From Octopus bimaculoides (lineage: Eukaryota): a stretch of 64,000 nucleotides of DNA. The translations under genes and the position numbers were made by a program. The notes under the pieces are model-generated. The model was given only the letters and a program-made list of their open reading frames with translations. It was not told the DNA's origin and did no database searches. Shown in pieces: positions 48,684 to 60,450 of the stretch. The DNA lies in the NCBI RefSeq assembly GCF_001194135.2, contig NC_068994.1, positions 29,104,342 through 29,168,341 on the forward strand, given 5' to 3'. Within the stretch, counting starts at the first letter, position 1, and each line of letters starts with the position of its first letter.

Positions 48684-51184
48684 CTAATGGAAGGAAATGG
48701 AAAGGATGTTTTTAGAAAATAGAGGAATTATTCATAAAAATTGTATTAGAAAAACAAAAATAGTAAGATATTCATCACAAACGCCTCTATTGCATAACAT
48801 TTTTAGCATCTCTAAGGCTCCCCATTATATGTTCATCTCCATTGATGGAGAGAAAAAAGCAATTTTGGACATTTTGAGATTTTATTAAAATTAATGGTAA
48901 ATTTGATCATGACAAAAAAGAACATCTCAGTTATAATATTAAAGAAAAAAGAACCTAGGAAGAAAATAAGATTTATATGCAGTTTGGATACATGAAGCAA
49001 TAGACATAAAAATTAAAGGCATGGTTGTGTGGCTTGCAACCTTATGGTTCTGGGTTCAATTCTACTGCACAGCACTTTGGGCAAGTGTCTCCTACTATAT
49101 AGCCACAGGCTGACAAATGTCATGAGTGAACTTGGTAGATGCAAACTGTGTAAAACCCCTTTGTGTATATATACCCAATGTAATCAATTACTGTGTAGTG
49201 TAATACAATATACCTATGCAACAGAAAATCCAAGAAATCCAAACAAAAAATTTTTCTGTATGGAGTACGTAGAGCATGAAGTCAAAGTGTGAAAAGTAGA
49301 AACAGATTTATTTTTTTTTATATGACTTCCATAAGATTACAGCTGTTTTGTAACCTTCAACATGTAGAATTATTAATTGTGGTGTGCAAAATTATATGTA
49401 CATGCTTATATCAATATGTATGCTCAGCATTATACAATACAATCGTATATTCACAAATTGATGCAAATAAAGAAAGCTAACTCATCAGGTCATCAGAAAC
49501 ATCATGGGTACATCTATGATTCAACTCTAAACATACACACAAAATTTACCCTTATATGTACAATGTTTGGAAGGCCAGAATTGGACAACATTGAAATAAT
49601 TTGATCAGTAAAGAGAAACAAAGAGAGAAATAGATCTGCTAATGGTATTATTCTTTATAGAAGAATTTTAGGATCTTTTTTAAAACGGGGGCCACATTTT
49701 TCATTAATGTTTTACGTAGTGTTGTTTTTGGTACCGAAAGACTTTCAAACTTCGTATACTTATCTATTTTGTGTTATAGAACAGAAAAATATTTTTGTAT
49801 TCGAATTTATTTCATGTAAAAAATTGTCTTATTTCGATAATTTCAACCAATCACTGACGTCCATTCAGTCGATATACATTAAGTGCCGACTACATAAACA
49901 AACGATTCTTCGTTTCATTTGCTTTTTTCATTTTAAATTTGCTTTAACCCTAACCNNNNNNNNNNNNNNNNNNNNNNNNNNNNNNNNNNNNNNNNNNNNN
50001 NNNNNNNNNNNNNNNNNNNNNNNNNNNNNNNNNNNNNNNNNNNNNNNNNNNNNNNNNNNNNNNNNNNNNNNNNNNNNNNNNNNNNNNNNNNNNNNNNNNN
50101 NNNNNNNNNNNNNNNNNNNNNNNNNNNNNNNNNNNNNNNNNNNNNNNNNNNNNNNNNNNNNNNNNNNNNNNNNNNNNNNNNNNNNNNNNNNNNNNNNNNN
50201 NNNNNNNNNNNNNNNNNNNNNNNNNNNNNNNNNNNNNNNNNNNNNNNNNNNNNNNNNNNNNNNNNNNNNNNNNNNNNNNNNNNNNNNNNNNNNNNNNNNN
50301 NNNNNNNNNNNNNNNNNNNNNNNNNNNNNNNNNNNNNNNNNNNNNNNNNNNNNNNNNNNNNNNNNNNNNNNNNNNNNNNNNNNNNNNNNNNNNNNNNNNN
50401 NNNNNNNNNNNNNNNNNNNNNNNNNNNNNNNNNNNNNNNNNNNNNNNNNNNNNNNNNNNNNNNNNNNNNNNNNNNNNNNNNNNNNNNNNNNNNNNNNNNN
50501 NNNNNNNNNNNNNNNNNNNNNNNNNNNNNNNNNNNNNNNNNNNNNNNNNNNNNNNNNNNNNNNNNNNNNNNNNNNNNNNNNNNNNNNNNNNNNNNNNNNN
50601 NNNNNNNNNNNNNNNNNNNNNNNNNNNNNNNNNNNNNNNNNNNNNNNNNNNNNNNNNNNNNNNNNNNNNNNNNNNNNNNNNNNNNNNNNNNNNNNNNNNN
50701 NNNNNNNNNTATATATATATATATATATACATACATACATATATATATATACATATATATATGTGTGTGTGTGTCTTTGTATTTGCCCCCTCTTTTTACT
50801 ATTTGACAACTGGTGTTGGTTTGTTTACATCTCCAAACTTAGCAGTTCAGCAAGTATTCAATAGAATAAGTATCAGACTCAAAAAGACAAAATGAAAACA
50901 AAAAAGAAGGAACTGAGGTTGATTTGTTCAATGAGACCTCCTCAAGGTGGTGCTGCAGGTGGAATATTCCCTAAAAAATTTAGAAATATTCCCTAAAAAA
51001 TTTTCTTATAGCATAACTATGCCACGGAAAGTATGTTTTGCATCTATATTGACTACATTTCATTTCGCTTGAACTTTGTGTGTGTACATTTTGCTGTTTT
51101 CAATATTATCAGTTCTCTGAGTGTGTCTGTGTCTGTGAGTGTGTGTGTTTCTGCAGTTGTTATGTCTATAGTAAACTATAGTAA

Positions 51185-51495
51185 AGAACATTTAATGCTG
51201 TTTTTATGAACCCACATCTAATGAAGTAGCCATCCTTATGGTAGGTGATCCACATGAAAATCATGATATTCTCATTCATGCTCAAGATAACAACCATAAA
51301 CATGTTTCACAGACACATCCCTCTTATAGTGCTCTCCAATATCCTTTTATTCTGTGGAATGGACAAGATGGGTATCATTTCAATATTCCACAAATTGAAC
51401 CTGCACCAGTGGAGCCAATTACAAACAAAAAGTTGTCATCAAATAACTTCTATTCTAACCAACTGATGTTAAAACCAGAACAAATCAATTACACA
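51185..51495 (+). pseudogene. Helitron Rep-helicase fragment
   Basis: RTFNA[11-bp insertion]PTSNEVAILMVGDPHENHDILIH...VSQTHPSYSALQYPFILWNGQDGYHFNIPQIEP...KKLSSNNFYS matches the RepHel motif FNAPT..EVA / YDALQYPL..W.G.DGYH. Confidence 0.85.
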
Positions 51496-52376
51496 CGTCA
51501 ACTAAATTTTATTTTCATTTACATATTCATTACATTATCTCAACCAGCTATAGTTATTTGAAATACACTGCTCTACAACAACCAGGTTTCATTAGAAAGT
51601 GAAAATAGTTTCACACTTTCAATTTGAACCAAAATTACAAAGTGTGCATTATGAGAATGACAATGAGTGAATAATGAAAGTAATGCTTCTCTGAATTAGT
51701 CACAACTGTAGTATAATAAAGAAAGCTGCTTATCATCTATCTACCAAAGAAACTATGTTTTTGGCACAACAACTCTCTTTTTACAACTAAAATAATCTTG
51801 GAAATGAGGTCAGGTCGCACAATTTTGAGGTCATTTTGGGGCAATATTTTGATTTGCTTCTAATGTTTTACTTTCATCCAATGATTTACACATGCATAGA
51901 ATTCTACTCAGACAAACATTAATGAAAATGTACACATAAATATTGTATCAAAATAAGCTGCAACCAAAAACATTCCATAAAGACATCCATTTCTTTATAT
52001 GTTATGAGGAAATACAGTCACTCACTCTCGTTCTCTTATGTACATGCACAAAAAAGATGTATGCATATGTATTTATGGACATGTATAAGAAAGATAATGT
52101 GTGTGAGAGAGAGAATGAGTGCCACTTACATACATGCAAAAAAAATTCATACATCAAGCACCTTCATTCACTCACTCTCTCTCTTTCTCTCTCTCACACA
52201 CACGTCCATATATCTTTCACTTTCTGCTCTCACTTCAAAGCAAATGCTGCCTTTTCACTTTCTCTTCTCTTTAAATTTCTGCTCCCTTCAAAGCATAAAG
52301 AAATTAACAATTGTTTACGGAAATTATTTACATTATTTACATTTGATGGATATTTGTCCTCATCTTGTTTGTTGTT

Positions 52377-52422
52377 AACATAATGTTTCGGCTGATATAC
52401 CCTCCAGCCTTCATCAGATGTC
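52377..52422 (-). ncRNA. Minimal type I hammerhead motif, left arm
   Basis: gacat-CTGATGA-a-ggctg[gagggtatat]cagcc-GAAAC-at-T-atgtt. Stem I is gacat/atgtt. Confidence 0.65.
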
Positions 52423-52698
52423 TTGGGGAAATTTCGAACCTGGGTTCTCATTCCTGAAGTATTTTTCGATGTATTATTATTATTCAGGTCACTATCTGGA
52501 ATCGAACTCGGAATCTTGGGGTTAGTAGCCTGTGCTCTTAACCACTACTCCGTATGCCCGTGGGCGTAGTGGTTAAGAGTGCGGGCTACTAACCCCAAGA
52601 TTCCGAGTTCAATTCCAGACAATGACTTGAATAATAATAATAATAATAACATTGAAAAATACCTTAGGAATGAGAACCCAGGTTTGAAATTTCCCCAA

Positions 52699-52744
52699 GA
52701 CACCTGATGAAAGCTGGAAGGTATATCAGCTGAAACATTGTGTT
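52699..52744 (+). ncRNA. Minimal type I hammerhead motif, right arm
   Basis: gacac-CTGATGA-a-agctg[gaaggtatat]cagct-GAAAC-at-T-gtgtt. Stem I is gacac/gtgtt. Confidence 0.65.
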
Positions 52745-54200
52745 AACAACAAATAAGATGAGGACAAATATTTGTCAAATGTAAATAATGTACATAATTC
52801 CTCATCTCTTAAATATAGAACTGTGTTTACGAAAATTAATGAACAATCATATGATTCCATATGATCAAGTTGACAACTTTGCTTCTTCAAATGAAAGAAT
52901 GCCATAAAATAACACACACACACACTCTAGGTAAAACTTCTGTATGAATTATGTTATTTCTTGCTGTGTGTATGCGCAAATTTACAGCTCAAATCCAATT
53001 GAAATAACCTTTTACTATTTTGTAATTTGTTTGTGATGAGCGTATTTAAAAACCTGATCTTCGATATAATCTTAAAAGAAAATTTTCCCAGAAATCCTGT
53101 CCTTTACCTCTTCTTTCTAGCATGTCCGAGGTGACATATGTGCTCCCCACTTATTTCTTTCCTAAATTTCTTCCAATTCCTATGTCTGTGATAATATATG
53201 AGATTAGGATTTCTTTCACAAAACACATTCTCAATATTTTAATCTTCTCTCTCTCCACACCAAATTCATTTTTTACTTTTTTCAAATTTTTTCTTGGTAA
53301 TCCATAGAGAAAAAACAGAGGGTACGAATCCTTAAGAATTTTACCCATCACCTCACCACTTTCAAAAAGCTACACACTCCCAATGTTTCACTTTTAGCCT
53401 TTTGGAAAGTGTGGAAGTTTCTTCAGAAATAATGTTGTATACCTGTTGTTTCTAGCTTTTCGGGTTTTCTGGTGGTGGTCTGGTATTTTTTAGGCCTGCT
53501 ATTTCAGTAGAATTCTATGCATGTGTGAAACATCAGATGAAAGTGAGAGATCGGGAGATTTTAGCTTTTTGAAAGTGGGTAGGTGATGGGTGGGCAAGGT
53601 GGGGGGAGGGGCATTGAGTGTTTCTTTAAGAAAAATTAAGCTATAAAACAATATATATATTTCCAAGATTCATAATCTCTGTATTTTTCTATGTGGATAA
53701 AAAAAGAAAATTTGAAAAAAGTTACAAACTAAGAAATTGCAGTGGNNNNNNNNNNNNNNNNNNNNNNNNNNNNNNNNNNNNNNNNNNNNNNNNNNNNNNN
53801 NNNNNNNNNNNNNNNNNNNNNNNNNNNNNNNNNNNNNNNNNNNNNNNNNNNNNNNNNNNNNNNNNNNNNNNNNNNNNNNNNNNNNNNNNNNNNNNNNNNN
53901 NNNNNNNNNNNNNNNNNNNNNNNNNNNAAAATGTGATTTCTGGACAAAATCGTATTAACCCCCTTTTATATGATGAAACAATACATAGTTTGTGATCCTT
54001 CTTAAGAACAGAAAGCACTTACATGTAAACCCGTGTAAGGTGTACCCTCCCCACTTCACTTTTAAACAAGCAATAACTTCCATAATGCCATTAACTACAT
54101 ATCAGTTGTGCTGATTCTGCCCATAAGAAAAGAACAAATAATACAATGTGGTTGTAGGTCATAACACCTGGGTAACGCCAGGATGCATTGCTAGTGTCTA

Positions 54201-55736
54201 TCTATATATTTATGTATGAAAGACAATTTGTATATGTGTGTGTGTGCATATGTTCCTTATGCATTCAAAAACTGAGTTGCTGATTTTGACATATGGGGTA
54301 TCAAAAGATTCAGTAATCTTTCGGTTACCAAATATACTTTATTTTCATTTACATATTTTCTACATTATCCCCAAAACCAGCTTTAGTTATTTGAAAGGCA
54401 CTGCTCTACAATGAGAGTGAAAATAGTTTCACACTTTCAATTTGAACCAAAATGACAATGTGTTGCATTATGAGAGTGACGATGTGTGAATAATGTGAAG
54501 TAGTGTTTCTCCGAAATAGTCACATCTGTTCTATAAATTTGCTATAAAAGCAGGTAGTAATTTTATCTTGTACTTATTCTTAGTGCAAGTTTTGAAGAGT
54601 GCAGTTCGATTTTAACAGTTATGCTTTCAAAGCTTTAATGTAAGTGACAAAGGAGCATATTCGGCATATTTTACTTTATGAGTTCCATAAAGGCAACAAC
54701 ACAACAGAAAGTGTGAGGAATATTAATGCAGTATATGGAGATCGGACAGTAAGCGTAAGCCAGTCTCAACTGTGGTTCCAGAAATTCCAAGCAGGAAACT
54801 ACAGTCTAGAAGATGAGCCTCGTTCTGCTGAGCTCGATGAGGACATCCTGCAAACCCTGGTGGAACAAAATCCCATCATAACTGTTGAGAAACTAGCAGA
54901 GAAGCTTGGATTTGGTCATTCAAGCAGTCATTCAAGTCAGCACTAGAAAGAAAATGACCATCTTTGGTTNNNNNNNNNNNNNNNNNNNNNNNNNNNNNNN
55001 NNNNNNNNNNNNNNNNNNNNNNNNNNNNNNNNNNNNNNNNNNNNNNNNNNNNNNNNNNNNNNNNNTATGTACATGTATATGAAATGGACATGTGTGTTTG
55101 CATGTGCCCCACTTTCTGCCCCATCTGATTATCATTTATTCCGCAATCTTCAAAATCATTTGGACGGAAAAAATATGAATTCTGTAGACAACGTCAGAAC
55201 AGTAGAAGAGGAGTATTTTCCGTCATGGACATGTGAATTTTGGAAGAGGGGCCTTGCAAGTCTACCAGACAGAAGGGGAGTATATTTTAGAGTGAGCGCC
55301 AGAGACAAATAGAGGGCAAGAGAAAGAGAGGGGGGAAGGAAAGGGAAGGAGTTTCATAATGAGTCTCAGGGTGACGGGGTGGGTGGACGGAATGCGAATG
55401 AGGCTTAAAAATAACAATAATTGTTGTGTCCGCCGCCGTCTTCTCCTCCACCACCACCACCATCAACATCAACACCAACTCCATCTTCATTAGTGGTTAG
55501 TAGTCGTAGTAACAATATTTTCATGGAAATTGTTATCCACCTCCTCCACTTCTCGATCATCATCATCAAATACCCTGCACCACCACCACCTCCACCACCT
55601 CCACCACCACCACCACCAACAACAGCAACAACTACAACACCGGTATTTATTCTGTATGAGCAGTAGTAATTATTAAACCTCCATTGCCATCATGATCATA
55701 ATCATAATCATCATCGTCGTCATCATCATCACCATC

Positions 55737-55768
<32 letters not shown>

Positions 55769-56232
55769 CATCATCATTAGCATCATTAGCATCGCCCCCA
55801 CCAAAAACCCACCACTACCACCACCACCACCACCATCATAATCATCATTCTTACCACAAGCATCATCAAGCTCATTATATAATAAAATTAANNNNNNNNN
55901 NNNNNNNNNNNNNNNNNNNNNNNNNNNNNNNNNNNNNNNNNNNNNNNNNNNNNNNNNNNNNNNNNNNNNNNNNNNNNNNNNNNNNNNNNNNNNNNNNNNN
56001 NNNNNNNNNNNNNNNNNNNNNNNNNNNNNNNNNNNNNNNNNNNNNNNNNNNNNNNNNNNNNNNNNNNNNNNNNNNNNNNNNNNNNNNNNNNNNNNNNNNN
56101 NNNNACCACCACCAACAACAGCAACAACTACAACACCGGTATTTATTCTGTATGAGCAGTAGTAATTATTAAACCTCCATTGCCATCATGATCATAATCA
56201 TAATCATCATCGTCGTCATCATCATCACCATC

Positions 56233-56264
<32 letters not shown>

Positions 56265-58498
56265 CATCATCATTAGCATCATTAGCATCGCCCCCACCAA
56301 AAACCCACCACTACCACCACCACCACCACCATCATAATCATCATTCTTACCACAAGCATCATCAAGCTCATTATATAATAAAATTAATGACATTCCAAAG
56401 GCTGGTGCAGTTTGAATGGGAAATGATGCTCCACCCACCATATTCACCGGACATTGCCCCATCTGATTATCATTTATTCCGCAATCTTCAAAATCATTTG
56501 GACGGAAAAAATATGAATTCTGTAGACAACGTCAGAACAGTAGAAGAGGAGTATTTTCCGTCATGGACATGTGAATTTTGGAAGAGGGGCCTTGCAAGTC
56601 TACCAGACAGATGGAAGAGTATTGTAGAAAATGAAGGGGAGTATATTTTAGATTAAAAAAGAATTTTATCTTAATTTTGAAAAATAAAAATATAAAAAAA
56701 CTACATTAATTATGGGATGCCCCAATGTAAAGGCAACGAAATAAACTATTTTTGGCACAAATATCTTTTACTACTAAAATAATCTTGGAAACAAAGTCGG
56801 GTCCACCATTTTTTAGGTTATTTTCAGGCAATATATCAATTTGCTTCCAATGTTTCACTTTTGTCCAATGTTTTACACATGCATAGAATTCTAAACAGAC
56901 ATTTATGAAAATGTACGCATAAATATTGTATTAAAATAAGCCACAGCCAAAAAAATTTCATTAAAAGACATCCATTTATCTATGTTATGAGGTAGTACAG
57001 TCACTCACTCTCTCACATGCACACACACATACATACAAAAAAGATGTATGCAAATGTATTTATGTATGTGTATAGGAAAGATGTGTGCGTGAGAGAGAGA
57101 TAGAGATAGAGAGAGAGGGAGAGCAAGTGAGTGCTACTTATACATACATGCAAAAAGATACATACAACACACACCTTCACTCACTCATTCTCTCTCTCAC
57201 ACACATGCAAACACACATGTCCATTTCATATACATGTACATACATCTTTCACTTTCTCCTCTCTTTAACTTTCTGCTCTCACTTCAAAGCGAATGATGGC
57301 TTTTCACTTTCTCCTCTCTTTCAATTTCTGCTCTCTTCAAAGCATAAAGAAATAAAATATTTTTGTGGAAAATAACAATCATATGATCCCATATAATCAA
57401 CCATATGATTGAGATGACAACTTTGCTTCTTTAAACGAAAATTCCCTTAAAATAACTTCCTTTGGCACACACACACACACACACTCTAGGTAAAACTTCT
57501 GTNNNNNNNNNNNNNNNNNNNNNNNNNNNNNNNNNNNNNNNNNNNNNNNNNNNNNNNNNNNNNNNNNNNNNNNNNNNNNNNNNNNNNNNNNNNNNNNNNN
57601 NNNNNNNNNNNNNNNNNNNNNNNNNNNNNNNNNNNNNNNNNNNNNNNNNNNNNNNNNNNNNNNNNNNNNNNNNNNNNNNNNNNNNNNNNNNNNNNNNNNN
57701 NNNNNNNNNNNNNNNNNNNNNNNNNNNNNNNNNNNNNNNNNNNNNNNNNNNNNNNNNNNNNNNNNNNNNNNNNNNNNNNNNNNNNNNNNNNNNNNNNNNN
57801 NNNNNNNNNNNNNNNNNNNNNNNNNNNNNNNNNNNNNNNNNNNNNNNNNNNNNNNNNNNNNNNNNNNNNNNNNNNNNNNNNNNNNNNNNNNNNNNNNNNN
57901 NNNNNNNNNNNNNNNNNNNNNNNNNNNNNNNNNNNNNNNNNNNNNNNNNNNNNNNNNNNNNNNNNNNNNNNNNNNNNNNNNNNNNNNNNNNNNNNNNNNN
58001 NNNNNNNNNNNNNNNNNNNNNNNNNNNNNNNNNNNAGGTGATGGGTGGGTGAGGTGGGGGAAGAGGCATTGTTTCTTTAAGAAAAATTAAACTTTAAAAC
58101 AATATATGTATTTCCCAGATTCATAATCTCTGTATTTTTTCATGTGGATAAGAAAATTAAAAAAATTTAAAAAAGTTATAAATTAAGAAATTGCAGTGGG
58201 GATGGGGGAAACAAAAATTTTTAAAAGGGGATTTCTCTGCAAAATTGTATTAACCCCCTTTTATACGATGAAACAATACATAGTTTGTGATCCTTCTTAA
58301 GAACAGAAAGCACTTACATGCAAACCCATGTAAATTGTACCCTCCCCACTTTACTTTTAAACAAACAATAACTTCCATTACACCAGTAATCCAGTTCCCT
58401 ATATATCCGTTGTGCTGATTCTGCCCATAAAAAAGGAACAAATAATACAATGTTGCTGTAGGTCATAACGCCCAGGCAACGCCAGGAAGGATTGCTAG
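54201..58498 (+). mobile_element. Non-autonomous Helitron, copy B (both termini present)
   Basis: 5' A|TCTATATATT...(TG)n at 54201. 3' cccaggcaacgccagg followed by CTAG|T at 58495-58498. The interior is collinear with copy A. Confidence 0.8.
54535..56726 (+). mobile_element. Mariner (cecropia/Hsmar1-like) nested in Helitron B; the middle is lost in gaps or mis-assembly
   Basis: ATG-TAA at 54638, then KEHIRHILLYEFHKG...WFQKFQAGNYSLEDEPRS. C-terminus HPPYSPDIAPSDYHLFRNLQNHL...GEYILD (56387-56656). 3' TIR-like attaattatgggatgccccaat; no 5' TIR seen. Confidence 0.85.
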
Positions 58499-58613
58499 TA
58501 TATGTCTATATATATATATATATATAGTTCACATTTACAGAAAACAAAAGACGAAGACAGGTGTAGGAACAACAAACAAGTGTATTAGTTTGATGCTTGG
58601 GAACAATGGACAA

Positions 58614-58653
58614 ACCTTTTATGTTTCGAGCCTATGCTCTTCGACAGAAAGGT
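58614..58653 (-). ncRNA. Hammerhead-like motif in a PLE terminal-repeat fragment (about 58520-58680)
   Basis: accttt-CTGTCGA-A-GAGC[atag]GCTC-GAAAC-at-A-aaaggt. Stem I is 6 bp; the core carries A6 to U and stem III is decayed. Confidence 0.55.
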
Positions 58654-58679
58654 AAAGACGAAAAAAAAGGAGGGAGAAT

Positions 58680-58850
58680 GGATGGTCCTGTAGGCGTCTT
58701 CAAAGAGGGCTGTTGCCTGGAGGACAATGAGATGCCATGCTTCATGGTCAGCAGCAAGAACAGACCACTGGTAGTGATCAATGTGGCAGCTGCTGAGGGA
58801 TTTTCTTAGGGAGTCCTTGTACCTCTTCGCTGGTACTTGTCTATCACAGT
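58680..58850 (-). mobile_element. RTE LINE C-terminal fragment
   Basis: Minus translation RQVPAKRYKDSLRKSLSSCHIDHYQWSVLAADHEAWHLIV. Confidence 0.7.
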
Positions 58851-59539
58851 AACCAGAACAAAATGTATGTGTGTGTGTGTATATTTATATATATACACAC
58901 ACACATATATATGTACATACATATACACACACACACACACAAGGGACTTCCATAAGTGTCTATCTAATAAATTCACCCACAAGGCATTGGCTGGCTCGAG
59001 GCTATTGTAGAAGACACATGCCCAAGGTGCTGCATAGTAGGACTGAACCTGAAACTATATGGTTACAAAGTGAGCTATGCTGGATGCTGGCGTAAACTGT
59101 CACTCATTTCCTTGGTTACCTGACACTTTGTTAACTTCACTGAATTTTCAAAAATAAGCAAATAAATAAATACATTGGTGCAGGTGTGACTCTGTGGCAA
59201 GAAGTTTGTTGACTGAACCTAAAACTATACGGTTGGGAAGCAAGCTTTTTACTACACAGCTACGTCTGTGCCTAGTATGCTTTTGCTAATTGTTTTTAGT
59301 ACCTATGTAATAACCAAAAGGAGAGAGGGTTGCACAAGCTCTTGGCAGGTATTCATTTCCAGTTGAGTAGACTGGAGCCATGAGAAATGAAGTGCCTTGC
59401 TCAAGGACAAAATAAACTGCTCAGTCCAGAAATCAAACTTACAACTTTATGATTGTGAACTCAACACCCTAACCACTAGGCCAGTCAACAATCCATCAAA
59501 GTTCAAGCGAAATGTTAATGGCATAGATTTCCCTTGTCT

Positions 59540-60450
59540 GGAAGGATGTATAAAAGCCATAGATTCTGTTTCTGATCTGATGACTTTTCCTTCTTTGTAG
59601 ACTCTTACATAACAATAGCCTCATTCTTGTAGCAGTCCTCTACTAACTCTTGTTAGTTGGTTTTCTTCATGTCTTGAGGCTCCTCTGTCCTTTCCTCCAA
59701 GGACACTGTTAAATCCAGAAGGACTAATTTCATTGTTGCCTTGGAAACCAAGATGATATATGATTTCAGGAAGGTCTTTGTGATGTGTGCTGGAAACTTT
59801 AGCCATTTCTCCAGATCACTTCCATCACCCAGTCCCATGTAATGGAAAGTGATCACATGAGATGTTCTCGGGTATTTTCATTGGCTGCTCTCCATCTTTG
59901 ATAAAAGCTATACTTCTGGCTGTAGTGCTACCATTTTTTGCTGTTGCTGGTCTCCTTGCTGATTGCATCAGGGATGTTCTTGGGGACCCGATAATGTCTC
60001 CAGCGATAGTATCCTTTACTAAGTACCTTGGAGCAGTTGTATAAGTTGTGCTCAATGCTCCTGGTCTTAGAAAACAGGGGTCATGCAAGGGTTTTCACTG
60101 AGCTCTCTGTAAGTAGTTTAGATGGACTTAGGAGGACATAATAGACTCTGGATCAAGAAATTGGTTTTCTGTGGGTTCCTGTTACAAATATCCTTCCATA
60201 GGTAACATTCCATTCCATTGCCTGCTCCACCATTTCTGCATTGCCACTGCTCTTATTGCTTGTGCTTTCCCTACTCATGCTTGTATCTCCTCCTGCACTG
60301 GCTTCCACCTCTCCTTCCTGCTAGCTGCATCATACTGGATTGCAGTTGAGTTTCTGAATTCAGTCCAGCCCTGTGTCACTTTCCTAAGGAGGGCTTTGTG
60401 TTTCAGGTGTCTCACTGCCTGCTGGACTACCTTAGCTGTTACCCACTAAC
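59540..60450 (-). mobile_element. Restriction-like-endonuclease LINE (HERO/R4-like) 3' portion, decayed
   Basis: Broken minus frames: AVRHLKHKALL...KERWKPVQEEI, KGYYRWRH, and DLEKWLKFPAHITKTFLKSYIILVSKATMKLVLLDLTVSLEERTEE (decayed LRPDIVL...LELTVPWEER). Confidence 0.65.

Larger units (their letters stand above)
52327..52823. mobile_element. Palindromic tRNA-head plus hammerhead element (PLE-related) inserted in Helitron A
   Basis: Arms of about 235 bp centred on 52560/52561. Target duplication tgtttacg(g/a)aaatta at 52312-52326 and 52824-52838. Absent from the equivalent site in Helitron B (about 57365). Confidence 0.85.
51185..54194 (+). mobile_element. Non-autonomous Helitron, copy A (5' end uncertain)
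   Basis: RepHel remnant, then about 2.7 kb shared with copy B. Ends in the hairpin cctgg-gtaacg-ccagg (54167-54182) followed by CTAG|T (54191-54194). Confidence 0.8.

Noticed and set aside
49707-50864. Long ORFs here and at 22552-23133, 26683-27103, 34111-34772, 57431-58069 and similar
   Set aside because: They are made of N gaps and (TA)n/(CA)n translations (YIYI, HTHT, CVCV), with no coding signal.
52562-52620. tRNA gene calls for this and other A/B-box sequences (SINE heads at 2.7, 10.8, 11.9, 29.5 kb and elsewhere)
   Set aside because: No acceptor stem closes a cloverleaf, and all are embedded in repeated elements.
55066-55291. Second copy of the mariner C-terminus fused to an inverted piece of 57203-57243
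   Set aside because: The pieces are identical to nearby sequence and adjoin a gap, so chimeric gap filling is more likely than a biological rearrangement. Long reads are needed.
55609-56387. Exact duplication of about 280 bp (55609-55891 and 56106-56387) of a CAT/CAC-rich segment
   Set aside because: The identical copies sit on either side of an N gap, which is the signature of overlapping contig ends rather than a real duplication.
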